In this document: piece after piece, positions 39,773-50,273 of the stretch | How the letters are laid out: each line of letters begins with the position of its first letter | Position numbering within the stretch: the stretch's first letter is position 1 | Assembly (NCBI GenBank): GCA_902774685.1 | Contig: CACYJH010000004.1 | Coordinates: forward strand, 3,025-67,024 | DNA from: an uncultured Methanobrevibacter sp. | Lineage (GTDB): Archaea > Methanobacteriota > Methanobacteria > Methanobacteriales > Methanobacteriaceae | DNA length: 64,000 nt | Reading direction: 5' to 3' | Position numbers and translations under genes: made by a program | Notes under the pieces: model-generated | Seen by the model: only the letters and a program-made list of their open reading frames with translations | Told to the model about the DNA's origin: nothing | The model's database searches: none

Positions 39773-42700
39773 TCATGCTCCAGTTACTCTAATATCTGTA
39801 ATGCTGTCTAAACTTTCTAATGCAGTGATCATTATTTGCTGTGCTTCCCTTTCAGTTTTGTTACGTGCATCAACATTTACTGCACCTTCTCCAACTATAA
39901 TTGTGATATTACTGTAAGCTCCGTTACCTGGCACTTGGCTTAAGATAGTTTGCAAAGATCCCATTTGACTGGAAGTGAAATCACTAATGGGATTGTCTAA
40001 TCCTAAACCAAGACTTGGATTGCCGAAACCTGTAAGAATGCTATTACCTAATCTGGCTCCAGTTGCTTTCATCACACCATACTTACTAGTCATAGCCTCT
40101 TTAATATAAGCTACTTCATCCATCATAGTATGTGCAAGGTTACCTGGAGAACCAGGGTTGATAGCAGGCTGTGATTCAAAACCTTCTTTAACTGCTTTAC
40201 CTAAGTCTACACCTGCATTATAGAATTCTTGTCTTTTGTTAGTGATAGCGGATAAGGTGTAACCTAATTCTGTAGACATTGTTTCCTTTAGTTTTAAGGC
40301 AGAATTCATACCATTGGTTGTTGAAGTTCCAATATATGCTCCTCCAGTCCATCCACTGCTAGCAGCACTACTTGTAGCTGATGTAATTGCTCCTTGAACA
40401 GTGCCAGTTAAAGGGGATAAACCGGATTTAACTCCATTGACAATTTGGGAACCAATGCTCATACTTGGAGCAGAGAAACCGGATGCGCTTGAAAGAGTGT
40501 TTTTTAAACTTTCCATAGCAGTTTGGATAGTTCCAAGTATGCCTGTGGAATCTTCACCAAGTGTGATTCCACTTAGTTTACTCAATTCTGTCGCAGCATT
40601 TCTTACATTAGTTACTGCAGTTGTAATTGTTTCACTGCTAAATCCTTCCATTGTTGGTACATTTGTCATAGATTTAACTACTTCTGAAACTTTTCCAAGT
40701 GCTGTGTTGATTTTTGTTATTTTCTCTGTTACATCCTCATTAACATTGGCAATAGTTGAGAGGCTTGCCAATCTTACTGAAACCATTCTAAGGTCATTTC
40801 CAATATTTGTTATGGCTGTTGCAATATCTGCTCCGCCTAGATCCATAAAGCTATCCCAATTGGTATCATCACGAAGCTTACGGAGTGATTGGAATGCATC
40901 GCTAACACTAGTCAAAGCATCTGAAACAGATTTAATCTTAGTTCCAACATCCTTAGGAACCTCCTCTAGACCAGTGAATTGTTTTAATGCTTGGCTTGCT
41001 TTAACAATATCCTGTTTTACATTAGTTAATGCAGTTTGAATATCCACTCCACCAAATGGATTGCCTAGGAATCCATCCCAGTTTACTCCATCACGAACAC
41101 TACGTAACGCTTCCATAGCTTTTCCTACACTAGCAAGACTATCACAGACATTCTGAATATTACTGGCAGTGGCATCATCCAAAGGTTTTAAATCTTTGAA
41201 TTCCTGAAGTTTACCAGAAGCACTTATGATATCATTTTTAGCCTGTTCTAAACCATCTGTCACACTTCCGAAACCGAGAGCCCATGCAACAAAATCACTG
41301 AATCCTGTAGTGATGTTAGTGGAGGTTAATGCCATCATTGCATCTGAAACTGAATTTAAGCTTTTACCAATGTTTTGTAGATTTTTAGGAATTGAATCAT
41401 CAATGGAAACTGCACTAAATTGCTGAAGTATACTTGCTGCTTCTGTTAAAGTATCAGTAGCCAATTGAAGAGGAGCAGTCATTCCGAGGAAACCACCAGT
41501 TATATATGTTAATCCAGTCATGAGACCAGCAAATGACATGGCTCCCATAGCTAGACCTACCCATGCAATGCCTTCAGCTAATTTTTTAATGCTATCAACC
41601 GACTTGGATAAATCTATATCATCAAAGTTTAATGCATCAAATACTAACTGAATTGCTTTTAATCCAAGCAATGCTTCTGCAGCTAATGCAACTGCAATAG
41701 GAATCATAACCGCTATAACTGCTGCAAGACTTAATAAGGGTACAATCATGCTTGTAAAACTTGCGGATAATCCGGCCATTATTCCGCTGCTTGCTTCCAC
41801 TTCTGCACTTACAACTGCTGCTTTTGAACTTGTAGAACCAATTCCTGCAGCCGCATCAACAGTTTCTTCAGTACTCTTAAAAAATTTACTGAATAATCCT
41901 TTAGACTGTGTTTTTTCCAAGTTTTTGCTAGTTTTACTTGACACATCCTTCAATCTATTGGATTTAATATCTAAATCTTCATATTTCTTTTCAAGCAATG
42001 CAGTTCTGTAATCCGCTTCATTTATACTGCTAATTTGATGATCTAACATGTCTTGAAGATATTCTGAGGAATTGTCTTTTAAAAAATTTCCTCCGGCATG
42101 AGCTTGAGCTACTTGTATAGCTTCAGGGGATAAATCAGTGAGGATAGATGCAGTTTCACTAGCAGTAGTAACTGTTTCAGTAGTTTTGCCAAAACTTTTT
42201 ATCATGCTTGCAGCACCACTGGCTGCATCTTTAACTGCAACAAAACCCTCTTTTAAATCTTTGATTCCTTGAACAGTAGTGGAAACATTCCATAAACCTT
42301 GGTTCATTACTTCAATAGCTCCGCCAGTAGCAAGAATTGAACCTGCAAGAGCCCCTCCAGTTTCCTCATCTATCTCAATAAATGCCTTTTTAATTTCTTT
42401 CAACTGAGGTAAGAATTCATTACCTATCTTTTTTCCTGCACGGCTAAAAGATTTGCCTATTAATGCATCCAAACCTTGATTAGTATCCATTAATTCATCA
42501 GTGTCACCAATGACTTTTTCCACTGCAGCCATATACCCTTTAACATCATCTTCCTTCCCAGACCAAAGATTGGTCCTCATTAAAGCGTCTTCACTCACAC
42601 CATACTGGTCTAGACTTGCAAAAGCACCTTTAATACCCTTGCTTAAGTCCATCATAGCACCTTGTGCAAGGTCAGTACTTCCAGTCTGTGCCAAAACTGC

Positions 42701-43135
42701 TGCACCAAAGTTAGCCATTTCATCAGTGATGCTTTCAAGTTCCTTATCTGAAGCACCAGTAGCGGAACTAAATGCATTCATTGCAGGAATTAAATCTTGC
42801 ATAGATGTCAAACTTTCATTAGTAACATTATCTACCGTTTTATATAATGAATCAGCAGCATCCTCCGTGTCAGTCATCATTCCAATTAAAACCTTGTTAG
42901 TTTCGGCTTTGGAAGTGGTGCCTAAAATGTTATCAAGTGCTGATTTTCCGGTTAATCCTTGCAAAGCATTATCAGATATGGCGCTGAAATTCATCATAGA
43001 ATTGCTTATGCTTGACATTGATTTCGAAAGGTTGCTTGCCATTCCTTGAAAACTGCTGTCAATATTCTTTGCAACATTTGAAGCATTATCTCTAGCTGCA
43101 ATAGTTAGCATTATCTGCTCATTAAGATTAACCAT
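39773..43135 (-). CDS. tape measure protein
   Basis: 1120 aa, helical and Ala/Ser-rich, I.A.DNAS start, internal NWDGF/NWDSF repeats, PGSP motif. Confidence 0.9.
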   Translation of the reverse strand: MVNLNEQIMLTIAARDNASNVAKNIDSSFQGMASNLSKSMSSISNSMMNFSAISDNALQGLTGKSALDNILGTTSKAETNKVLIGMMTDTEDAADSLYKTVDNVTNESLTSMQDLIPAMNAFSSATGASDKELESITDEMANFGAAVLAQTGSTDLAQGAMMDLSKGIKGAFASLDQYGVSEDALMRTNLWSGKEDDVKGYMAAVEKVIGDTDELMDTNQGLDALIGKSFSRAGKKIGNEFLPQLKEIKKAFIEIDEETGGALAGSILATGGAIEVMNQGLWNVSTTVQGIKDLKEGFVAVKDAASGAASMIKSFGKTTETVTTASETASILTDLSPEAIQVAQAHAGGNFLKDNSSEYLQDMLDHQISSINEADYRTALLEKKYEDLDIKSNRLKDVSSKTSKNLEKTQSKGLFSKFFKSTEETVDAAAGIGSTSSKAAVVSAEVEASSGIMAGLSASFTSMIVPLLSLAAVIAVMIPIAVALAAEALLGLKAIQLVFDALNFDDIDLSKSVDSIKKLAEGIAWVGLAMGAMSFAGLMTGLTYITGGFLGMTAPLQLATDTLTEAASILQQFSAVSIDDSIPKNLQNIGKSLNSVSDAMMALTSTNITTGFSDFVAWALGFGSVTDGLEQAKNDIISASGKLQEFKDLKPLDDATASNIQNVCDSLASVGKAMEALRSVRDGVNWDGFLGNPFGGVDIQTALTNVKQDIVKASQALKQFTGLEEVPKDVGTKIKSVSDALTSVSDAFQSLRKLRDDTNWDSFMDLGGADIATAITNIGNDLRMVSVRLASLSTIANVNEDVTEKITKINTALGKVSEVVKSMTNVPTMEGFSSETITTAVTNVRNAATELSKLSGITLGEDSTGILGTIQTAMESLKNTLSSASGFSAPSMSIGSQIVNGVKSGLSPLTGTVQGAITSATSSAASSGWTGGAYIGTSTTNGMNSALKLKETMSTELGYTLSAITNKRQEFYNAGVDLGKAVKEGFESQPAINPGSPGNLAHTMMDEVAYIKEAMTSKYGVMKATGARLGNSILTGFGNPSLGLGLDNPISDFTSSQMGSLQTILSQVPGNGAYSNITIIVGEGAVNVDARNKTEREAQQIMITALESLDSITDIRVTGA

Positions 43136-43141
43136 TCTGCA

Positions 43142-43363
43142 TTATCTCCTTAATTTTCTTCTTAATCTGTTCTTACGAGCTTCTTCTTTTATTTCTTTAG
43201 CCCTTTTTTGTTCATTTTTCACTTCTTCACCATACTTTCTCATGAGTAGCATTATCTCTAGATCATGGGAAAAGAACCGGTTCATTACTTCAAGTATTCC
43301 TATCCCATAGTGTTTTGCTACACGAAAGTAGACTTCCCCCAGGAAACTATCCAGGAGTTGGAA
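43142..43363 (-). CDS. frameshift extension (gpT-like) of the tail assembly chaperone
   Basis: Overlaps the chaperone end in the +1/-2 frame at CTT TTT C; ends just before TMP. Confidence 0.6.
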   Translation of the reverse strand, partial: FQLLDSFLGEVYFRVAKHYGIGILEVMNRFFSHDLEIMLLMRKYGEEVKNEQKRAKEIKEEARKNRLRRKLRR

Positions 43364-44096
43364 AAAGCTCTTCTTCAGTTTTATCACTGATGTTGAGTTT
43401 TTCTTTTATCTTATTGAACAATAATATTCTTGTTGGAAGGTCTATTTGCTTCCAAAATTCTAATTTTTCATTATAAGGTTTTTCTGGATCATCAACAAAA
43501 TCAACAATGCGTGCAAGTATCTCGGTAATGTCCTGTGCATTTCCTTCATAATCCATTACCTTCTCATTGATTTTGTCCTGAATATGCTTCATCATATTGG
43601 CCTCTTCAGGACTCAAATTGTTTCCACCATTTGCTGCTTTTGCATACACTCTTTTTTCAGTATCATTAAGGTCTCTGAAAACTCTTGTTTGGGTGTCAAG
43701 CAATCTAATGTAATCTGAATCAGGCAATTGTTTAATTTTAAGTTTTAATCTAAATGTTTCATCACCAATATGGTAATTCATATCGATGCGGAAACGGTTA
43801 GGGTCATTTAATAATCGTAATAATTCATCACTTGTTTTGATGATTCTCAAGTTATCATCCAAGTTTTTTTCAATACTTACTACATCATAATCATTGAAAT
43901 GTGGCCTGTATCTTGCCAGTAATTCTTTCAAACTGGATAATTCATCTTCAGTGAATTCTTCATGATTAATGCATTTGTTTACAATTTCTTTTTCATTTGT
44001 TTCTAAGTATTCGTAAGGCAGTCTTTTGCATTCCTCTGGGAATCTTGTTCTGAGGTTATGTTTGTCTGCTGCTTTAGTGTCAATTTCATTCATCAT
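43347..44096 (-). CDS. tail assembly chaperone (gpG-like)
   Basis: Position between tube and TMP. Confidence 0.7.
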   Translation of the reverse strand: MMNEIDTKAADKHNLRTRFPEECKRLPYEYLETNEKEIVNKCINHEEFTEDELSSLKELLARYRPHFNDYDVVSIEKNLDDNLRIIKTSDELLRLLNDPNRFRIDMNYHIGDETFRLKLKIKQLPDSDYIRLLDTQTRVFRDLNDTEKRVYAKAANGGNNLSPEEANMMKHIQDKINEKVMDYEGNAQDITEILARIVDFVDDPEKPYNEKLEFWKQIDLPTRILLFNKIKEKLNISDKTEEELFPTPG

Positions 44097-44227
44097 AAAA
44101 ATAATCTCTCCTGACTATATTAAAGGATAAAAAAAGGGATATTAATTGTATTATAAAAATAATTAAAAAAAAAGAAAATAAAATAAAAGTGGATAAAAAA
44201 ATGAGGAGTAAATTTTTATTTAAGATT

Positions 44228-44635
44228 TTATCTTGGTAATTCAAAGCCTAAAGCAATACCAGAAATGTCAATAGTTACTCCGTCATCACCATATGAAAAG
44301 TTAACTTCATTGATTCTTGCATTGGTCATTGTGCCTACTGCTTTGTAATCTCCATCAGGGCCAAAACGGAAAACTCCTATAGGGAAAATTTTCTTTTTGA
44401 GTTTTGCTTCAATAAGGAAATCATAAAATTCTGGTTCAACACCTGAAGCTCCCCATTCATATGTGTTCTTGGTACGGCCATAACGAATAGGGTCCGCACT
44501 ATTTGTTACACTTTTAGGGTCTCCCCCATCTTCACCAAGATCCATGTTAAATTCATTGGAATAGATTCTTTCGGAATCAATTCTCATTTCTGCCATTTCA
44601 TAACTGTTATCTGTAGGGTCTATTTTAATAGCCAT
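44228..44635 (-). CDS. tail tube protein
   Basis: 135 aa, beta-rich, directly after the sheath. Confidence 0.75.
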   Translation of the reverse strand: MAIKIDPTDNSYEMAEMRIDSERIYSNEFNMDLGEDGGDPKSVTNSADPIRYGRTKNTYEWGASGVEPEFYDFLIEAKLKKKIFPIGVFRFGPDGDYKAVGTMTNARINEVNFSYGDDGVTIDISGIALGFELPR

Positions 44636-44637
44636 GC

Positions 44638-45801
44638 TTAAGCGCCTCCACTAATTGCATTAGGTTGTTCAATATACATACTGAAACCAATGAGTAAAGT
44701 ACTGTTAACCGGTACTGCAACACCTTCAGCATGTAAATCCCATGGATTAACCTCATCTTCAACTACCATAATATCGGTTCCATCTTTCATTATGCCTTCA
44801 CGTATTTTAGCATTAACCAATACATCCAAGTCAGACTGCAAATAGTTGATATTGATTTCAGTTTCATTACGTTTCAACTGAGTGTACAATATCATATATG
44901 CTTCACGTATGAGCTGATCCACATTTCTTCTTGCATGCAATAATGCATCATTAGGCCTGCTGTCAGGGGATACTGCAAATGCAGTACTTACTGCGAGGTT
45001 GATTCTTGGATGGATTTCAGAGCCTGCTCTTTCATCACGATTGAAAATCACGCCTGCTGCTTGCAATTCATCCTCTTCCTCAGGTGTTCTTTCAATGAAA
45101 GTTCCTGGTGAAACACTACGATAATCAGTGTACCCTGGTTCCTCCTCAGATGGAGTGTTTAAGATGTTTGCAATAGTTTTTCCAAATAATAAATATTCAC
45201 AGAATCCTACTCTGCTGTTTTGAATATAATTTGTTTGACTATCATCTGCAATTTGTTTTAACTCTGCATCTGTGCATCCTTCGATAGTGAAGTATGCCAC
45301 TCTTGGATTGCCTGTCTGACTGTCATCTATGATTTTGTCAACTGCAGAATCCATAAGACTGGTAATGGTTGCTACTGTGTGGGATTTTTTAAATCCTACG
45401 AATACTTCTGCTTGCACTTCTCTTTTGCTTTTTGCTAATGTCATTGCATTAGTCCAGTCAGCAGTTTTAAGAGCAGGGGTTTCTCCAGTAGTCATACCAG
45501 TTCCGAGATCTATAACATACACATAAGGCACACTAAGTTCATCTGAACTTTTCTTTTTGTTTTCTTCAAAAAATTCTTTTAAAAATGCAAGTAAAGGGTT
45601 GTTTGTAGTATCAGTTCCTAACCCTCCATTTGCTACTGTGGCATTGCATGCAGAAAAGTTTTTAAACTTTTGGATGCCTGCTGCAGGATTTGCATTGTTG
45701 GAGATTCCGATAATTATAGGGATTTCCCCTCCAGTTCCTGAAAGGGTTGGATTGGAAGTCCCTTCAAAATATTTTACTTTTGGGGTTTCTGTAATAGCCA
45801 T
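44638..45801 (-). CDS. tail sheath protein
   Basis: TP.V...E start, E.DELQAAGV, RRNVDQL C-terminal sheath pattern. Confidence 0.8.
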   Translation of the reverse strand: MAITETPKVKYFEGTSNPTLSGTGGEIPIIIGISNNANPAAGIQKFKNFSACNATVANGGLGTDTTNNPLLAFLKEFFEENKKKSSDELSVPYVYVIDLGTGMTTGETPALKTADWTNAMTLAKSKREVQAEVFVGFKKSHTVATITSLMDSAVDKIIDDSQTGNPRVAYFTIEGCTDAELKQIADDSQTNYIQNSRVGFCEYLLFGKTIANILNTPSEEEPGYTDYRSVSPGTFIERTPEEEDELQAAGVIFNRDERAGSEIHPRINLAVSTAFAVSPDSRPNDALLHARRNVDQLIREAYMILYTQLKRNETEININYLQSDLDVLVNAKIREGIMKDGTDIMVVEDEVNPWDLHAEGVAVPVNSTLLIGFSMYIEQPNAISGGA

Positions 45802-45812
45802 ATGGTTTCACC

Positions 45813-46058
45813 TTATCCTAAAAATTTTTTTATAATTTTTTCTAATTCATCATCGGTTATGCTTGGTTCAATATCCTCTTTCCCATATGCAGATTCTTCA
45901 TAGCGGTATTGTTTGAGTAATCCTGCTAGGGATAAAGCACCAATTATAACATGTTTTGGAGTACTGTTTTCTTTTACTGCTTCAAAAAGGATTTTCTTCT
46001 CCTTCTTTGGCTTTGGAGCAGCATCAGTTTTTTTAGTACTTTCTTTTTTGGTTGTCAT
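45813..46058 (-). CDS. hypothetical neck/tail protein
   Basis: 81-aa ORF coupled within the structural operon. Confidence 0.6.
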   Translation of the reverse strand: MTTKKESTKKTDAAPKPKKEKKILFEAVKENSTPKHVIIGALSLAGLLKQYRYEESAYGKEDIEPSITDDELEKIIKKFLG

Positions 46059-46669
46059 AATAAATCCTCTCTAATATTTATGGAGTCATAAGTTTTTCCA
46101 CCAATTCGATAGAAAGTGTAATATTCCATTTGAGTTTTAAAAATGGTTCTGAGTATTGTTTCGCTAGTGTCTAGCTCATCCAAATCAGTTACACTATTAA
46201 TTGAAAATGTTCTTTTTACAATGTTGTTATGCTTAAAGAAAGATTGGTAACTCTGGAGGTTTGGGCATTGCTTTTTGTTGGTTCGTCCGTTGAGTGTGTT
46301 TAACGCTTCACATTCATTCATAGTTGCATTGCACTTACTGTTTACTGGGTTGAAGTTGGCACAAGCGCTGTAGTGATTAGCTTCTGCCTTAAGTATTCTG
46401 TTATTGATTTCTGTGATTAATGTTTGGCGCTCCTCTTCTGAATTGCACCAAATGTTAATCCATATATCTGCAGAATATCTTTTGCTGATATACTGGACAT
46501 TGTCAATTTCAACATATTTCTGTTTGATTATTGATTCATCAGCCAATGAAACATTTACACATGGAGTTATGTCACTTGGCCTGTAGCGATTCCCTGTGTA
46601 AATCTTATTATCTTGGACTGTTAAATGTCCACGTAGCAAATCTATGAATGCCTTTTCCAACTTATGCAT
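46055..46669 (-). CDS. tail terminator / neck protein
   Basis: P.V.VS...INIWC.S.EER..L..I pattern with a Cys-rich insertion; position. Confidence 0.65.
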   Translation of the reverse strand: MHKLEKAFIDLLRGHLTVQDNKIYTGNRYRPSDITPCVNVSLADESIIKQKYVEIDNVQYISKRYSADIWINIWCNSEEERQTLITEINNRILKAEANHYSACANFNPVNSKCNATMNECEALNTLNGRTNKKQCPNLQSYQSFFKHNNIVKRTFSINSVTDLDELDTSETILRTIFKTQMEYYTFYRIGGKTYDSINIREDLL

Positions 46670-47041
46670 TTACTCAAACACCCCACTATTTTTAAGTTCT
46701 TCATGAATATACCTTGTGAGTTTAGGCCCTACTTTCCTAGCAGTTCGTGTTACAAAAGGGTTAGGACTCATTTTGCTGGTTCCATATTGGAGATAAATCC
46801 AGTAAGGAGGGTTGTGCAAGGAACTGTGTATTTGGCCTTGGCATTTCCCTGGTTTGAATTTGCTAATGCTCCTACGAAGGTTACCTGTGTCAATCGGAGC
46901 TTCACGTCTCATAGTGTTTTCTGCATCATGTAATGTGTGGTCAACGGCAGTGTCTAGTGCATCTTCATATCCTCCTTCTTTTAATCCTAATTTTTTAAAA
47001 TAGGAATCATCGAATTTGATATCTACACTAAAGTCAGCCAT
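46670..47041 (-). CDS. HK97 gp10-like tail completion protein
   Basis: APIDTGNLRRSI and YLQYGTSKM.PNPF. Confidence 0.9.
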   Translation of the reverse strand: MADFSVDIKFDDSYFKKLGLKEGGYEDALDTAVDHTLHDAENTMRREAPIDTGNLRRSISKFKPGKCQGQIHSSLHNPPYWIYLQYGTSKMSPNPFVTRTARKVGPKLTRYIHEELKNSGVFE

Positions 47042-47379
47042 TACTCCTGCACCTCTTTTCTTTGTCTTTTTATAACCATTTCCTTATGAGGTATCAATCC
47101 ATGATTGCAGTTTTCTATAGACCCAATTATCTCATACTTGGCATCATTGATTCTTAATTGGTCGGTGTCATTGATTTCTACAGTTTCATCCATGATGACT
47201 CTGTAGGTGTCTTGGAGTATCTTACCAAATTCTCTCAATGAGGATGTAGGAGAAATGAGTTGCATGTCTACACTTATGGTTTCCTTATAGACATATTCAT
47301 TCTGCGAACCATAGTAATCGAAACTTTCATTTTGACAAGTGTATATATCCATCTCTTCATTGGGAAACAGGACTGGCAT
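47041..47379 (-). CDS. head closure (stopper) protein
   Basis: D.L.I....YEI.G.....GLI.H pattern; position. Confidence 0.7.
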   Translation of the reverse strand: MPVLFPNEEMDIYTCQNESFDYYGSQNEYVYKETISVDMQLISPTSSLREFGKILQDTYRVIMDETVEINDTDQLRINDAKYEIIGSIENCNHGLIPHKEMVIKRQRKEVQE

Positions 47380-47380
47380 C

Positions 47381-47872
47381 TTATATCATCCTCACCAAAC
47401 AATTGTAACGGTTGCGCAAATCAGCAATCATATTCTGAATAGTCGCACCCTTACTTAGACTGGTATCATATGAAACACTTACATTGATTTCTTTTACACT
47501 GGAAACATCCTTTTTCCAATCAGTATCAAGTTCATGTTCCATCATCAAGTCAATTATAGGGTTAAATTCAGTTTCAGGCAAACCGTAAGTATACTCAATG
47601 TATAAAAGATTCCCAGAATATTCATTAGGCAAATGAATTATTCCTTCATCTTCAATTATGATAATTTCCTCAAGATCCAGGGCATTGCCATCAATTTTCA
47701 ATAGTTCAACTGAACGGATTGGAAAGTAAGACAATATTATTTCAGAACCTTGGAAATTTCTTTCTAATTCTTTAGCGGATTTAGGTATGAGAGGCAAACC
47801 TACTTCAACTTCCAAACGTTTTAGAAGTTTGTCTTTTAGGACATCTTCATTAATATTACTTTCATCAGTCAT
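47381..47872 (-). CDS. head-tail adaptor
   Basis: FPIRSV, IEYTYG, VSSVKE..VSVSY and L.RY motifs; follows the capsid gene. Confidence 0.75.
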   Translation of the reverse strand: MTDESNINEDVLKDKLLKRLEVEVGLPLIPKSAKELERNFQGSEIILSYFPIRSVELLKIDGNALDLEEIIIIEDEGIIHLPNEYSGNLLYIEYTYGLPETEFNPIIDLMMEHELDTDWKKDVSSVKEINVSVSYDTSLSKGATIQNMIADLRNRYNCLVRMI

Positions 47873-47937
47873 CGGACTTTTTCACCTCTCAAAAAAAAAT
47901 TAATGTTTAAAAATTAAAAAATCAAAAGTTTAAATTT

Positions 47938-48981
47938 TTATCCTGTTCCTTCAGCTTCAGGAACATTAACAGTCACATTGTAAGGAGATGCAACTTCCAA
48001 ACTGGTATCGATACCTTTAATCATACCATTTCTGAACTCAGCAATATTATTGGCAGTGGCAAAGCTGACAACTGCATTTTTAGTACCGAGCTTATTGGTT
48101 GGCAAATTGGTCATCAAGGTAGGTGCAAGTAAACGTTTAACTTCAATAGTGGAAGAGTCAACGAATAACATAACGTCTTTGCTGTTGATTTGAGCCAAGT
48201 TGGAATCAATAAGGATAGGGATTTCAGAACCATTAGGAGCTTCATAAGCTATAACCCTATGACCTAATCCAATATCAATCTTATCGTTGAAACGTCTGTA
48301 TGGAGCAACTAATTTCTTGAGTTGTTTTGCAACAGCATTAGTGGTGACAATACAATCAACTACACCTCCATTGCCGTCAATGATACTGGTTAACATGTCA
48401 TCAATAGCATCTTCGCTAATAGGTTCATCAGCATCAAGAGTATCTACATTGGTAGAGACTTGTTTGGTGAAACCTTTAAAATCTTTAGCAGCTGCAGTTC
48501 CTGCACCTTGCAAAAGGGTGCTATCCAATTGGTTAGTGACTTTAATGAAACCTTTGTCGATTTCCCTGGCAAGGATATCAATTGCATTGTTACCCATTTG
48601 AGCCATCAAACTGACATCAATAGGGTGAATCAAGGTTTTCATCTTGCTAACTTCTTCTGCATAAGAGGAAGCGGTTTGAGTTGGGATGTCATCTGATTCG
48701 TCAATCCAACTTGCAGCACTGTTATCGGTTTCTTTGTAGAAACCTGCATAGGTGGAGCCGAAACTGTCATCTACACGGCCTTTGGATTCAAGGAATCTGA
48801 AGTATGGTGCTTTTTCAAACACTTTACTTTTAAGGTCTGGACTGTATGCAATTTGACTGGATTGCGGTGCATTATCAGTAGTCATCATGTCTTTTTTCAA
48901 GTCTTCATAAGCTTTGGATAAAGCTTGTAATTGTTTGTTTTGAGAAGCAAATTGTGCTTTAATCTCATCTATTGCGGTCAT
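47938..48981 (-). CDS. major capsid protein (HK97 fold)
   Basis: 347 aa after the protease; ASWIDE, LL.G.G....F.GF and G.EIPIL.DS patterns. Confidence 0.85.
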   Translation of the reverse strand: MTAIDEIKAQFASQNKQLQALSKAYEDLKKDMMTTDNAPQSSQIAYSPDLKSKVFEKAPYFRFLESKGRVDDSFGSTYAGFYKETDNSAASWIDESDDIPTQTASSYAEEVSKMKTLIHPIDVSLMAQMGNNAIDILAREIDKGFIKVTNQLDSTLLQGAGTAAAKDFKGFTKQVSTNVDTLDADEPISEDAIDDMLTSIIDGNGGVVDCIVTTNAVAKQLKKLVAPYRRFNDKIDIGLGHRVIAYEAPNGSEIPILIDSNLAQINSKDVMLFVDSSTIEVKRLLAPTLMTNLPTNKLGTKNAVVSFATANNIAEFRNGMIKGIDTSLEVASPYNVTVNVPEAEGTG

Positions 48982-49040
48982 AAATAATCTACCTCGGTAT
49001 AAAATAATTCAAATTCATTCAATTTTTTTGTGGAGAAAAA

Positions 49041-50136
49041 TTAATCTTGATTTAATAAGGCTCTGATGAATTCGTCTTGAGATTGGTTGGCAAACATTTG
49101 CTCTGCAATCTGTTTGCTAGTCATACCTTCATCCTTAGACTCTTCACCGTGCAAGTCTTTTTCATTTACATCATCAACATGGAATTTTGGGTCACGGTTA
49201 TCGCCTAATTCTTTGAAGAGTTTTCCCATGGATTCATCCATTGCTTTGGTGACTGTAGATTCAATGAAGGATTTCATTTTCTCTTCATCTATTCCATTTT
49301 CTTCTTCATCTTCGTCTTCATCAGGGTTTCCTTCATCATTAGAGTCAGCTTTCAATTTATCAAACTGGTCTTTAATGATAGTTTCTAATTCTTTGCTCAC
49401 TTGATTTACAGTTTCACGAGCGATTTCTTCTTGTTTAGTACTCATCAACTCATTAAAAAGGTCTACTGCATCATCTTTAGTGAAAACATCAGACTCATCT
49501 TTAACAGTTTTCTGAGTTTCATCAAATTTTTGTTCTTCTGACATTTTATCATCCATTAAGTTTTTACGTATAACATGACATGCACCAGTCAAACACTTGG
49601 ACTCCACCACACCATTACTTGCAGTTATGGTGCCGTAGGTGTCCCAATTGGCAGGCATACCAGTTAAACTGATTTCCAAAAGGTCAATATCCTTTATCTC
49701 CCACCCATCAGGAATAGCATTATAATCCTTAATCCTACCACCAATGCTGAGGCCAAGATTAATACCAATGTCCAACATTTCCTTTATCTCAGCTGCAAAC
49801 TTGGAACGGATAACAGACTTGATCTTCAACACATTACTTGATCTTCAACACATTCTCATCTGTATCCATCACTTCCTTGATAGCGCCGATAATACCATCA
49901 AACAAGTCATACCTATGATCACCATGAAGGTTCTTGCTGCTTGAGAGCAATTGTGTTTTCATGGAGTCAATAGCTGATGGCAACACTATGTCTCCTTGAA
50001 GGTCCTTGTTGGTGGTTGAGGCAACTCCTTCTATGGTGAGTGTTCCGTCAGGGTTTAACTCGTATGATTTTTGTGTGGATGGTGCATACAATGTAAATTG
50101 CTTTTTTATTGCTTTAGTTGACATTTTCTTGCTCAC
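49041..50136 (-). pseudogene. HK97-type prohead protease/scaffold, split by a 19-bp tandem duplication
   Basis: IEGVAST.NKDLQGD and LHGDH in the 5' ORF; GLSIGG and LLEISLTGMPAN in the 3' ORF; ACTTGATCTTCAACACATT duplicated at 49817-49854. Confidence 0.85.
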
Positions 50137-50163
50137 TATCCATTAAAAAAAATATTTTTGTTT

Positions 50164-50244
50164 TGGAGTGGGATTAGGGACTTAAACCCTTGGTTTATAA
50201 TGAAAAAAATAGTTAAAATTTAAAATTTTAAAATTATATCCCAC
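50164..50244 (-). ncRNA. tRNA-like element (acceptor stem, T-arm, CCA) without D and anticodon arms
   Basis: GTGGGAT...AAGGG-TTTAAGT-CCCTA-ATCCCAC-T-CCA. Confidence 0.45.
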
Positions 50245-50256
50245 AATTGAAAAAAT

Positions 50257-50273
50257 GATAAATTTATATATAA
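50257..50273. promoter_or_regulatory. BRE/TATA-like element, possibly bidirectional
   Basis: GATAAA TTTATATA TAA; the spacing fits starts near 50293 (+) and 50244 (-). Confidence 0.45.

Noticed and set aside
40401-43049. Long + strand ORFs opposite the tape measure gene (likewise those opposite the HEAT, SDR, portal and terL genes)
   Set aside because: Antisense shadows of real genes, with no motifs or SD
50164-50244. A functional tRNA gene or att site
   Set aside because: No D arm or anticodon arm, and it lies mid-provirus; kept only as a tRNA-like element
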